From Lytechinus pictus (lineage: Eukaryota), in contig NC_087250.1 in NCBI RefSeq assembly GCF_037042905.1, forward strand, positions 25,422,001-25,486,000: a DNA stretch of 64,000 nt, written 5' to 3'. Below the pieces are notes generated by a model, which saw only the letters and a program-made list of their open reading frames with translations, was not told the origin of the DNA and did not search any database. The position numbers and the translations under genes are program-made. Shown one piece after another: positions 1-12,423 of the stretch; the stretch's first letter is position 1, and each line of letters begins with the position of its first letter.

Positions 1-511
1 TATTGTGTATATAATTTTAACTCACTCTCATAATCTGGCGATGAATTCGCGCAACTATTTTTCAAATATTGCTCCTTTTTGGCCAGCTCCGTTCTACCTC
101 GAGAATGAGAGCTTAAATGTAAATGCTAGTTTTGGTAACGATATCAAAATGAGTTAGTACAGAATCCATCGAAATTACCACCAAAGTGTCTGTTTGTATA
201 AATAAAACGTATGTGCCAAAGGATTCTGGAAGAAATTGTGTAATTGCGGAGAAATCAGCAAATAAGCACAGGATTCGGGTAGAGCGTCGGGCCCGACATT
301 CAAAGCAATAATTATACACTGTCCCACGTGCGCTTATCTGTGTTAGGGATCTTCAGTCTGAACATTTTTCAGCGTAGATTTCAAGATTTCACAAAGTTAA
401 GTTTATATAACTGTACCAGATCTAGACCCTCGATGATATACTGACAATTAAGCCTTGTTTTACAGACTTTCTCATGATATCAGTGTTTACTGCAAATACT
501 GGAATTTCTCT
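1..511. mobile_element. Right end of a non-autonomous DNA transposon, Kolobok-like (TTAA flank), cut by the window edge
   Basis: Ends ...CTGGAATTTCTCT followed by TTAA (512-515), similar to the end geometry of the TTAA-flanked MITEs later in the window. The left end is not visible. Confidence 0.4.
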
Positions 512-1557
512 TTAACAGACAATTACATTTTGACGGAAAAACAAGTGTCGGTTTGATATTCTACACGCCGCGCGCTGGCGTCCCGCATGAAGAAACTTGG
601 GGTTATTATTTTGTCCGTGTTTGTTTTCGGAAGTTTTGAGTTCTACTTTGAATTTGAAATAATTTCTTGACTCATTGATTCATCTACGATTTAATCTTTC
701 AATATATAAAAAAATAATAATCGAAAAACAATACCCTGGGTCCCTTTTGGCGGGAAGCCGACAACCTTATAAGTCTCAAATATCAATTCTAAACAGTCTG
801 TTCTTTTAATGGATCACTCCACCATATCGAAAAGAATAATAATAATAATAATAAATAATACTTGAGTAATACCAATTCCTTTTGTCATGTTAAGCGAATA
901 CAGTAGTGTTGTGATGTAGAGGGATTAACGTTTTTATGCTGTTTTTATTGTTTGCATTGCTTGAATTATTTTTGATCAGTATGAACGCATCGAGTTCCTT
1001 CAATATAAAGAGGTTTTGTTCAAATGAATAAATGAATGAATAAGTGGATAAATAATTGAAATTGAAATTGAAATTGAAATGGTTTATTAAGAAAACTTCA
1101 TCGCAGCCGAAGGCTGAATTGCGAAATTCTGTACAAGGTAAAATACAAAATATATACAATAACAGTGACTATAACACAATTACATGTAAAAGTAATAAAA
1201 TAAATGTTATATGTTGAAAGTTAAGAAGGGAGAAGAGTAGAATAATTCAATGAGATAGGTGTATTTCACCTGGCTTACAAGGAAATAAACGATATCATAA
1301 ATCTAATGATTGATTAAATAATTTCTGGTTGTACATGTATAAACATGGAATTAGCATATTAAACGTTTATACCAAGATGGGATAAATAGATAAATAAAAG
1401 TAATCAAATAAATATATAAATAAATAAAATAATCAAATTCATGAGAAAATGAATGAATAAATGAAATATAAATCTGTACATAAATAAATGAAAAAAATAA
1501 TTAACAATTTAATAAATGATTAACTAAATGAATGAATAAATAGATAATAAAATAATA

Positions 1558-1590
1558 ATAAATAAATAAATAAATAAATAAATAAACAAA

Positions 1591-1661
<71 letters not shown>

Positions 1662-1672
1662 ATGAATAAATA

Positions 1673-1703
<31 letters not shown>

Positions 1704-1716
1704 AAATAAATAAATA
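1558..1716. repeat. (AAAT)n/(AATC)n microsatellite
   Basis: Direct tandem tetramers; a degenerate extension runs upstream to ~1385. Confidence 0.95.
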
Positions 1717-1720
1717 AGAA

Positions 1721-2777
1721 CACTCCGACTGAAAATTCCATCAAAATCAAATGTAAAATAAGGCAATTATGCCATCTCTTAATTTGACAAAACATATAAT
1801 CTGCACGTTCTAATTGGTATGCAGGTTTCTCTAGGTTATGTGAGCGGCAACATTCAGATTTGGAATCAGTATCTTAGATTCTATTTCTGTTTCTAAATTG
1901 ACAAGAAACCATCAAGAAATGAATAAAAAACAAAGTTTGTTCCATTTTGTATGGGGTCTATCCTGGACTGATCGACAATAATGGGCAGCTTCATTGAACC
2001 AATGGTAATTAGACATTTTCAGTTATATATAAGTATTTATTTTTTTGTTATCAGTGTAATTATTATTATTTGAACTATTTTCTCTTATTTTTGTTGTCGC
2101 TTATTCGTTTTATTTTGATTTTTGTGGATTACTTGTTTTAAGCTTGTCTTCCGTGTCCGTCTCGATTTTGGTATAGTTTGTTTATAATTAGTATATTTTT
2201 ATATATTGTTTGTTTATAATTAGTATTGAAACTAAGTTTAGGGGTTTGCCTTCTCTACAAGCTTTTGCTTTTCTTGGCAAGTCCCTCCGTTCATTTCTAC
2301 ATTCTTTTCATAGATAAAATTATTGCAACACATTGTAGTTTTGTTTAATCTATATTCAACATTCGTTACGAGATTTCATTGATCTGTCTGTATTATATTG
2401 AATGTGTATTGTTACTTTGATTATACTTAAAAAAAAAAAATGTTGAACGAAAATAAATAAGTCTAATCTAAATCTATTTACTCTCTCACATGACAACGGG
2501 GAGAAAGTAATTTTTCTCATATTTCACAAAATGAAACACAAAGCACATAGTGAGTGTGTGACGTCACCAGTCCCATCATTTACATATTTCTGTGCATATA
2601 AATGTTTTGTGAAATTAAGCGAAACATACGAATTTCTTAACTTTCTTATTCCAAACTCAATTTTGATAAAATTTTCAGTTTATGTTTGTTGGATTTGTAT
2701 CTATTAATGTAAATTAGCGTCTTTCATTTTTTTTTTTTTTTTTTTTTTTTTTGGGGGGGGGGGGATGTACTTATCCT
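1721..2777 (+). mobile_element. Degraded, interrupted copy of the Kolobok-like MITE family seen at 34793 and 52990
   Basis: 1721-1825 resembles the MITE left arm (ACTGAAAATTCCATCAAAATC...GGTATGCA). 2540-2781 resembles the right arm and ends CCT-TTAA. A LINE-like 3' tail (~2240-2475) lies inside. Confidence 0.55.
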
Positions 2778-3585
2778 TTAAGTTCATTCCAAAGATCTTA
2801 CAAAAGACTTCGGCAAGTTCCCTTAATAGGTCTCCTGCTATGACTCTGATCAAACTGATATCAAAGTGTGTACAATCTATTTGTTCATTGTAACAGAGTA
2901 TATTGTTACTTATAGAAATTAAAGTTCATGAATAATGGTAGAAATTAAAGTTAATATCGGCCCCGTTTTAGTAGCTCAGTCATTTGTCAAGTTTTATCCC
3001 TTTTTCGGGATATGATGAACAAAAAATTCCCCGTATTTGTTTCCAGAATCTACACGAGGATTACCATACCATCACCATTTTGCTTATTTACCATCAAGTT
3101 CAAATATCGCCCGTAATGGTGCATAACAATGATTTAAAAGAGGCATAATTATTATTTTTTACCAGATACGTATTCACACAATTATATATTTTTGTTCATT
3201 TCTTCATAATAATGTTATTCTGATGAAACCCCGCCATTTGACCATTATGAGCTACAACGTCCCCAACTTATTGTTTTGAAGGTAAAATGTGCATGCGCTT
3301 AATATAATGATTATGAGTATATAATATGATTTTCTTCATCATCTATATAATTGATACATAGGCCTAATCATAAGAATTATATTTCATTAGAATAATTCAT
3401 TTGATGATCTTCATCGATAGTCCTTCACAGTGAGGCCTTGCGCCCATCAGCCCTACCCCAGTTCTACCTCTCCGGATCCTAGCGACATGTATTAACTGAT
3501 GTATGGTATTTATCCACTACGCACCATATTTGTTAATTCTAGATCAAATAAATAATAATGAATGATGATATCAAAGAATGGACAT

Positions 3586-4140
3586 TAGATCAAGTGTGAA
3601 TTAGACCAAATGAAAATTAGACCAAGTGACGATTAGCCTAACTGGGTTTTAGACGAATTGGCGATTAGACCATTTGGCTATTAGACCAAGTGGTCCTTAG
3701 ACCAATCGGATATTAGACCAAGTGGAAATAAGACTAAATGGAAATTAGACTAAGTGGAAATTAGACCAAACGGTCATTAGACCATGTAACAATAAGACGA
3801 AATGAAAATTGGACCAAGTGGAAATTAGCCGAAGTGGAATTTAGACCAAGTGGTGTTAGACCAACTGTAAATTAGACTAAATGGTTTTAGCCCAACTGCT
3901 CATTAGATGAATTGGATATTAGACCAAGTGGGAATTAGACGAATTTGATATTAGGCCATGTGAAAATTAGCCCAACGTGTTATTAGCCCAAATTAAAATT
4001 AGACGAATTGGATATTAGAACAAGTGAAAACTAGACGAATTGGATATTAGACGAACTGGTTGTAGACGAAATGAGTTTAGACTGAAGTTTGACAAACTGA
4101 TAAGTAGACCAAGTGGGTTTATACCATCCGATAATTCACC
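3586..4140. repeat. 16-17 bp minisatellite (consensus ~TTAGACCAAGTGGAAA)
   Basis: About 30 diverged head-to-tail units with no unique spacers. Confidence 0.9.
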
Positions 4141-5452
4141 CATTATTTTACATAATTAAAAAAGAGATCACAAATAAACATTTTACAGCATTTTCAATAC
4201 TGGAAAGCTTACCATGAAAAAAAACCCGTTCATTATAAAAATGGCAGAAAAACACGAATTTTTGCAGGTTTGAGGAAAATCCATTTAAGATTATAAATAA
4301 ACAAATCATTTAAAAAACTCCGCTAAAAGCAAAAATATATAAATATTTATATACATCTTTTCTTACTCAATATCCTATAGACATGTCTTTGGAGAATGTA
4401 CGTTTATTGCTCCCCTTCTTAGCTAAAATTCCGAATAGACCCAGATACTTCGTTCTTGAAAACGAATAGAGGAAATTACATAGTAGATCACACAACATCA
4501 AAACAGGCACTTTCGGCACATTCTTAGATTTGTATACATTTCCCTGCATTCTTAACTTGATCTCTTAAAAACAAGAATTCCAATCGCTAACTTTAAAGCT
4601 GCAGCTATAAATGACGCTTCGATAATGACTGACTACTTTTTAATGTTAACTGGTTCGTTTCTAATTTTAATGAAAGGAACTCACAAACCTTTGACAAACA
4701 TCCTGAATCGTATGCAAAAATGAAAATATTTAATGACAATTTGAACGTTAAAACCGATCTACGCTAATTTAAATGCAAAAAAAAAAAATATTGATTAAAA
4801 TGAAAATTGAGCAAATTCGCCGGGAAATTCTAAATTTTATTTGAGTATGATTCTAGTATTTCAAAACCTATCTAAAAATAACATTTTTGTATTTTTTGAG
4901 GTGAAAATATTTTGCTCCCAAGCTGCGTGGTGTTTATAAAGCCTCCTCCTTCATACGCCAGAAAGTTTTTCACTCCTATGAATTTCAACGATTTAAAAAA
5001 AAAATCCGCAACGACTGTGACCTTCCACAATAGTGAGCGATAATGACACAAAACGTGAAGGATGGAGTAAATATATTCTTTCTTTTGAGTGATATAGACC
5101 ACGTCCGTCAATTGTGGTCTTCTAAAGAAAATCGATATAATTCTTTTGCGACCAAATGTCGTCCGTCGATAGTTGGACGGAGCGTCTCAAATCTATACAA
5201 TATATATTCATCTTATTTCCTACTTAATGATGTAAGTTTGTACTTATATGAATGATAACTTCAAAATATTTACATGCTAAGTATTTTGTTTGTCATTAAA
5301 AAAAAAAAAAAAAAAAAATTGGTACTTAATGTTGATTGTTCATTATAATTTAATAAACATTACTTACATAATAGTATTTTTTCCGTTAGTTATACTTTTA
5401 TAATCGATTATGATGATAAAATGTGGAGTGATGATATGATGATAAAAAAGTG

Positions 5453-5640
5453 GAGGTGCCGTGGCCGAGTGGTCTAAGGCGCCTGGCTATGCATGAAAAA
5501 GTCCGGGGTTCGATCCCCGACTGCGGCAGCTTAATGTCCGTGAGCAAGGCATTTAATCTACAATGCTATTTTATCTTGCTTCAAAATAAATGGAAATGCT
5601 ATATGCATAATAGGTAACTAGGTGTGAACTTGGTTTAAAA
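5453..5640 (+). mobile_element. tRNA-derived SINE (family A)
   Basis: A box TGGCCGAGTGG and B box GGTTCGATCCC, followed by a non-tRNA body (GTGAGCAAGGCATTTAAT...) and an A-rich tail. Confidence 0.85.
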
Positions 5641-6427
5641 AAAAAAAGAAGAAAAAAATGTATGTCTATTTATATACGCGAAAAGTGACAGTGATACAAG
5701 CCCAAACCGTTAGTATGATAACAGTGTCATCCGCAGACTCGTATCTGTCACAAGTTTCATTCTAGCTCATTACTGGTATGTTTAAATCTATCACAAATTA
5801 ACATTTTTTTGTATCGAAGAGATCAAATATTTTGCTCGTTCACTCCGCCCAATCACAGTTGCTTTAAAGCCTCCATGTGCAAACGCAAAAGTAAACCACT
5901 TTATTTTTTATATGATTATAAACGAAATTTCCGAAAAAAACACATTTTACAGTATGAAGGGAAAGCTTACCCTAACAAAACATATATTATAAAATTGGAA
6001 GATAAAGCACAAATCTTTGCAGGCTTGAAGAAAATCCATCTAAGATTACCAATTTGTGACCGTCCACATTTGAGAACGTATATGAGGAAAATTATGTAAT
6101 GAACAGGTACTTTCTTTAATTTGGAGTATGTTAGACCATCTGTCGGGGATGATCCTTCAAAAAAAAAAAATTTCAATAATTTAATTCATCAAAATATCAA
6201 CATATATACAATATTTACATACACTCAGTACATGCAATATACATACCATGCATTCAGTAAAATACTACACTCCCAACGCTTATACATAAGAGAAAACTTC
6301 AACTAAGAACATTAACAAAAGAAAGCAGTCAAGTGTAAAACCACCACGGTAACAAGTTTGTTCGAAGTAGCAATTGCAATAGAGACACGAATTTGAGCAC
6401 TACTGATTATTCTTTTTTAATTTTTTT

Positions 6428-6600
6428 TTACACACCTAGTTACCAAGAATGCGTATACCACTTTCATTTGTTTGAATGAAATGATAAAAGGGCATTATCG
6501 ATTAAATACTTTGCTCACGGGCATAGGTGCCGCGGCCGAGGATCGAACCCCGGACTTCCCATGCATTGTCATGCCCTTTAGACCGCTCTGACGCGGCTCC
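6428..6600 (-). mobile_element. tRNA-derived SINE (family A), diverged
   Basis: Reverse-complement match to 5453-5640, including the B box (GGATCGAACCC on + strand). Confidence 0.75.
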
Positions 6601-6659
6601 TTTTAGTTTTGTATTCAGTAATTATTTTATTTTTCCTTTTAATTGTATTGATTGTTTTA

Positions 6660-6829
6660 CAAGTGCACACCTAGTAACCAATAATGCATATAGCATTTTC
6701 ATTTATTTGAAAGCGGGGTAAAATAGCTTTGTACATTAAATGCCTTGCTCACGGGCATAGGTGCCGCAGCCGGGTATCGAACCCCGGACTTTCAATGTAT
6801 AGCCAGGCGCCACTCGGCCACGGCACCTC
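6660..6829 (-). mobile_element. tRNA-derived SINE (family A)
   Basis: Reverse-complement match to 5453-5640 (CCACTCGGCCACGGCACCTC); lies in tandem with the previous copy. Confidence 0.8.
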
Positions 6830-6919
6830 AAATCAATACTTTAATCGATTAAAACAGATTTCAAACTAATGAAAAATAAAACGACTGAAATCTGCAAAAA
6901 TGCAAAACTACTTTTCGAT

Positions 6920-9900
6920 TTTCTTTTATTTGTTTTTTAAGGATGTTTTATTGTATTCTCTCAAATCAAAATACACCTCTATATTCCATAAGCAAGTTGT
7001 ACAAACTATTTGAAACATGATTATAAATCATACAATAAATCCATAACAAATATAATTATACAAATTATACATCAAACTTCAAAGATTCTTGAAAATAACA
7101 CTAATGCGTTTCAGCAATTACAAAATGAAATATTAGCAAGATGTATGAAATGATAACAGAGAAAAAAGATAAGAAGTGATGTTCTACCTCCTAACTCCCC
7201 CCCCCCCCCCCAGTCCCCAGGTTAGGAGCACCTTCTCCTTTATGCCTATACCCTACATGGAAGGGACTTCAATTCTCTGTATTGTTTTTGTTTTTGGTTT
7301 TCTGTTTTTTTTTTTTTACTTTTGTTTTGTTTTGTGGTTTTTGTCTCTCGCTGTACATATACCTTTGCCTCACTCTCCCTATATATTCATTTAATTAAGA
7401 CTTTCCAATGTCCTTAAATGCAAAGACATTTTTTTTGCCTCTACCTAACGCCAGCCTTCTTTCTTCCCATTCTCCCTCTTTAAATTTCCTTTCAATTTCA
7501 TCCATGGTTATAAGTGCACCCTTTTCCTTCCCTTTGAAGATTAAACATTTAACAAAGATTACAAAATGATTGAGTAAACGTTCCCTTCCTTCGTCCTATA
7601 ATTCTACACCTACAAGAATTTTCTCCCAGCTTAAATAACCCGTAGAAATAAAACCAGACATCTCCTTACAATTATCCCAAACCAAACGAGCATATTCACA
7701 TTCCAAAAATAGATGGCGATATGTTTCCTCCTCTTTTTTACAATAACAACACAGATCATTTTGTGAGATTTTAAAACGGAACAGATAATGATTTGTATAA
7801 GCAATGCCGTGCAACATTTAGACTGAAACTCTCTTAATCTACTATTCAGAGTACATTGTCTCGGTCTCATAAAATGTGATCAATCTTTTCATAAGAAAAA
7901 CTACATATATATTTGTTTTTTAACCTTTCGAAAACATCAGGTATTGCGAAGTTACATTTCATAAAATTTACATAAACCTTTTTGGATACTAACTCCTCTA
8001 GATCTATTGACAATATTCTTTTTCCAGATATAAATGATATTTCTTCCCTAAGAGAAGCCTCTTTCAATCTTTGCTATCTATTTTCATATTTTGTTTCCAG
8101 CTGACTGTAATAGTTTTATAAATTGACTATATCAAATGAAAATCATTTATGTTTAAACCCTGTCTTTGGAAGTCCGAAAATAACCTTAAGTTTCCATCAT
8201 AATCCATTTTGTTTCAGTCTGTAAATATATTTTTTCATATACCTTTTGGTTAAATATGCATTTCCCTTTAATTCATACAGATTTATTGTTAAAAATATCT
8301 AATTTCCTTTAAATGTTTCAGATTTAAATCGAAAATCCTTCGTCTCTATCATGTCTATCCATACTTCTAACAAATCTATATAAAATTGCGGCAATGATAT
8401 CTTCAACAATCCAAGCAAGTAATCGCATGAAAATATAACATTTCCTTCCAGGTGTTTTGTGGCATAATTTAAATATTGTTTCCGTTTCATTGCATTGTTT
8501 TATTTTAGTCTTTTAATCCACATAACTCTCTTTGCCTTTATCATGTTTATAAACCATTGAAAATTTATCATTTTCAAGCCGCCTTGATGGTAATCTAAAT
8601 ACATCGTACTTTTGTTAATCTTATTTCTGCATGCCACCCCACAAAAATGTAATAGCCAACTAATCAAGTTCAACATAAGCCAATCATGGGATTGGTGTGA
8701 GAGATGCCACATATACAAATTTTGATAATTTAATAATTGTATTTTGCCCATCAAAGTTAAATCTCTTTGCTTCCATCAGTTTAACAACTTCTCTATTTTA
8801 CTTAATATTTCTTTATAATTCAATCTTTCTTTTACTTCTAAAGAAAAAAATACACCGAGAATCTTTACAAAAATCCACCTTTTGCCCAAAAGATAAATAT
8901 GATTTTCCCTGAGAGGAACCTAATAATACAAATTCGTCTAATCTCTATTGACTTTAAGTCCTGACACTTTTCTGAAATTTTCCTAAGATTTGTATTACTT
9001 TTTTTAACTGAATCTAGATCTCGGAAAAAAATAGACATACCATCTGCATACATAACCTGTTTTACCTCTTCCTTTCCAAAGGAAATTCCTTTAACATCAT
9101 TATTATATCTTATATTATGCGCTAATACTTCTATGCATAAAATAAAAAAGATGAAAGCGGATCTCCCTGCCTTCTCCCTCTTTCCACATCAAAATAGCTT
9201 GTAGACTCTCCTCCACTAAAAATAAAGCTTTGGCTATTTGTATATAATATCTTGACCCATTAGCGAAATTGCTGGCCAAAGCCGAATGAACCTAATGTTT
9301 GATGTAAAAATTTGTGGGATATGGAATCAAAGGCTTTTTTCTAAATCAATTGCCATCATATACCCAGGGATATTATTATATAACGCATGAAAAAGCATAT
9401 CATCAATTAATGGGATAGCTTCTCCAATATTCCTGTTTTTGATAAATCCTATTTGTTCTGCTAATACGACGCTCTCCAAAACTTCTTTAATTCGTTTCGC
9501 TAAAACTTTGGATAGAATCTTATAATCTGTATTCAATAACGAAATGGGTCTATAATTCTTTCTGTAATGTGGGTCTTTCCCTTCTTTAGCTAATAAAATG
9601 ATTGTTTTTGTGATGTAGAAAGTTTTCGAAGAGCAAAGGCTTCATTGAATGCCCCTATCAATACATCCTTTATTTCAGCCCAAAGTGTACAATAAAAGTC
9701 AACTGTTAACCCATCATTTCTAGGGGATTCATTTTGCTTCATTTCTTTCAGTAGCGAAATACACTCCTCTTCTAATACATCTCATTCACAGCTTTCAGAA
9801 TCTTCAGATGTTAACGTTGGTATACATTTTAAAAGAAATCCCTAAAATCTTCCGTGTATTCCCTATAGCATAAAGGTGGGCATAAAATGATTTAATTTCA

Positions 9901-11080
9901 TTTAAAACTTCTTTCGCATTTCCAGTAATTTCTCCGTTAAACTTAACTAATTTTCTTATAGTACTTTTCTTCTTGTTAGATTGTAATAGTTGACTAAAAT
10001 ACCTTGTATCCCTTTCTCCACTTTCGTACCATGTCGCACGAGACCGAATTTTAATACCTTCATTAATGTAATCGTAACTGTCTGCAAGTTCTTTCCCTTT
10101 CTTTTCTATCCTTTTAATTAATTCTTCATCTACTGAATTTACGCAACTACCTTCTAAGTATTCAAATTCCTTTTCGAGAGATTCTTTGTAAAATCTTTTT
10201 TCCTTTTTTCGAAAAAGTTCGAAATAATCCCATACAACTCTTTTATCTTTAACTTCTGTTTTTATTAACTCCTTTAATGTAATTTTTTCCATTTTCATCT
10301 TTTTCACATATCTATTATTAAAATTTCCAATAAGAACCACCCTTTTTACGCATTTCCTTATCAGTTTTATCATACAAGAACAAAAATATAGCTGAATGGT
10401 AAGGAGCTATAGATGGTAAAATTTTGCACCTAATAGCAAAATTAGCCAATTATCTAATCTGCTTTGCATAAACGGATTATTTTTAGTGGAGGCAAATTGT
10501 CTTTTCAATAGATTTCTCTCCCTCCATATGTCTATCAATTGTAGTTCCTCCATAAAATTTTCTACTTCTTTACTAACCTTGTCATGTAATTTTTGTTTCA
10601 CTGTTCCATTATAATCTAATTCAGAATTCATAATAATATTAAAATCTCCTCTCATTAAAACAGGTTTGTTACAACTATTAACTTTGTTTAATTTCATAAG
10701 CATATCCTTTAAAAAATTTATTTGAATGATTTTCTTTATCCCTCGTCGGTAAGTATACATTACAAAAAACCATTCTATGTCCTTGGATTTCACAATCAAT
10801 GAGTATGTATCGCCCTTCGTCATCTTGTTTTATATTTATAAGTTTAAAGTCTAGCGAGGTTTTGATAAGAATGAGTACTCTGCTGTGATTTGATCATGAC
10901 TATAGTAACATGACCCATCCCACCCAGAACTCCATCTATCCTCTACATCTTTTGTACTATACGTCTCCTGTAAAAAATTACATCCCTTTTTCTTTGCACC
11001 ATGAAAATATTCGTCCCCTTTTCGCGCATTCTCTCATTCCTCTATAGCATTTAAGGAAACAATATTACAATTTAAACATC
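6920..11080 (-). pseudogene. Decayed L1/Tx1-clade LINE ORF2 (APE endonuclease, RT, C-terminal Cys motif) plus 3' UTR
   Basis: Colinear fragmented ORFs: endonuclease (GDFN, LIDIWRERN, SRLDNWL; 10407-10823), tether (IRSRATWYESGE), RT (NTDYKILSKVLAKRIK, IDLEK, YADG for YADD), GGLKM, and CCYCKKEEETYRHLFLEC (7596-7817). Many frameshifts and stops. Confidence 0.9.
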
Positions 11081-11174
11081 TATTCATAAGGACAATCTAA
11101 AAAGATCATTCCACCATTTTTTGTATAAAAAACTAAGATTTTCACTACGTTATTTATAGGGAGAGTGAGGATTA

Positions 11175-12423
11175 TGCCCGGTTTGATACTTGCACGCATT
11201 GTGGTTCCCCCATAGTTTGCGCATGGGCACGCACTCATGCGGGCCAATGCGCGAGCTATGCGTGCCAGCTTGCGGATAGGTGCGTGGCAGTGCGTGCCAG
11301 TGCGTGATATGCGTGCCAAAATTTTCAACATGTTGAAAATTTTCTATATGCCTGCTTAAAAACATTATCATGAATAGCATATAAAAATCTACCCTTTCTA
11401 GACGCATTCCAATCTGCTTGCCAGACACTTTTATAAAATGTCATGCGTGAGCATGTGAGTTCATTTATAGTGTTTGGTAAAACGATGTCTACAAAATTTT
11501 TCGCGGCTCCTTTCTTGGCAGCTTTATCGACGATCTCATTGCCGTTAACATCACAATGTGAGGGAATCCATTCAAAATTAATACAGATATCTTTCAAACT
11601 GAGTTTATGAATTTTAAATAAAATTTCATTAACAATGGAGCATTTAATGAAATATGAATCAATCACATTCAGTGCTGACAAAGAGTCGCAAAAAATTACA
11701 ACTGAACATGGTTTATCAAAGGAGTCTAACCACTCAAGTGCCATTAAAATGGCCAGGAGTTCCGCTCTCATGATACTTACATTGGATAACCTGAAATACT
11801 TTTTTATTTTATATTGAGGAACATAAAATGCTGCCCCCGTTCTAAAATTTTCCTGTTTGGATCCATCAGTATATATATGTAAATAACCATTCCACACAAT
11901 TCCAATTCTTTCTAGAACGATAGCCGTTAGCATATCCTTTTTTCTAATTATACGATGAGCACAAAACGACACAGGAGGGCGGGACAAACGCCATTCCGGG
12001 ATTCTTGTTAATAAGTTGTCTTGCTTCTCTACCTCATCACTACAGGCTCGAAGTTTGAAAGGTCTTTCCCCTTCCTTCCATTCGTGTCTGTTCATATGTT
12101 CAATGAAAATTTCTCTACTATGAGTCGTCCTAATCAACGAACGTAGAGGGTGTCAACACAAGAACGTTGAATATTTAAATTTGCGCTAGATACGTCACAG
12201 AATAGGGTATCGAGAATATTTGCTGAAAGCACGTCGGGACAGTGCGTGAACACTGCGTGAACTATGCGCGAACTATGCGCAAACAATGCGCAAACATGTC
12301 GTGAACGTGTCGGGACATTGCGTGAACTGATATAGCCAAGTCGTGCCATAAAGTGTCCCGCACTGGCACGCATCAATGCGGGGCAATGCGGGCATCACAA
12401 TGCGTGCAAGCGTCAACCGGGCA
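11175..12423. mobile_element. Non-autonomous PIF/Harbinger-type TIR element with internal RNase H cargo
   Basis: ~30-bp TIRs (TGCCCGGTTTGATACTTGCACGCATTGTG / CACAATGCGTGCAAGCGTCAACCGGGCA), TTA on both flanks (11172-11174, 12424-12426), and GCGTG-rich subterminal regions. Confidence 0.85.
11325..12137 (-). CDS. RNase HI domain fragment from a non-LTR retrotransposon (I/Nimb/Ingi-group type)
   Basis: 270-aa open frame with YTDGS, RAELLAILMALEW, IFCDSLSAL, WIPSH...GNEIVDKAAK and a downstream WQADW...KGRFL motif. Expression is unknown. Confidence 0.8.
   Translation of the reverse strand: MIRTTHSREIFIEHMNRHEWKEGERPFKLRACSDEVEKQDNLLTRIPEWRLSRPPVSFCAHRIIRKKDMLTAIVLERIGIVWNGYLHIYTDGSKQENFRTGAAFYVPQYKIKKYFRLSNVSIMRAELLAILMALEWLDSFDKPCSVVIFCDSLSALNVIDSYFIKCSIVNEILFKIHKLSLKDICINFEWIPSHCDVNGNEIVDKAAKKGAAKNFVDIVLPNTINELTCSRMTFYKSVWQADWNASRKGRFLYAIHDNVFKQAYRKFSTC

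Noticed and set aside
3586..4140. Possible CRISPR-like array
   Set aside because: Units are 16-17 bp and contiguous with no unique spacers; there are no cas genes and the context is eukaryotic.
4367..4570. Possible minus-strand host exon (AG acceptor ~4565, GTAAG donor ~4367)
   Set aside because: There is no recognisable protein motif or partner exon, so it cannot be supported without transcript data.
5453..5530. tRNA genes (also ~6520-6600, 6760-6829, 37078, 39388, 41679, 57282)
   Set aside because: A and B boxes are present, but there is no convincing cloverleaf and each continues into a SINE body.
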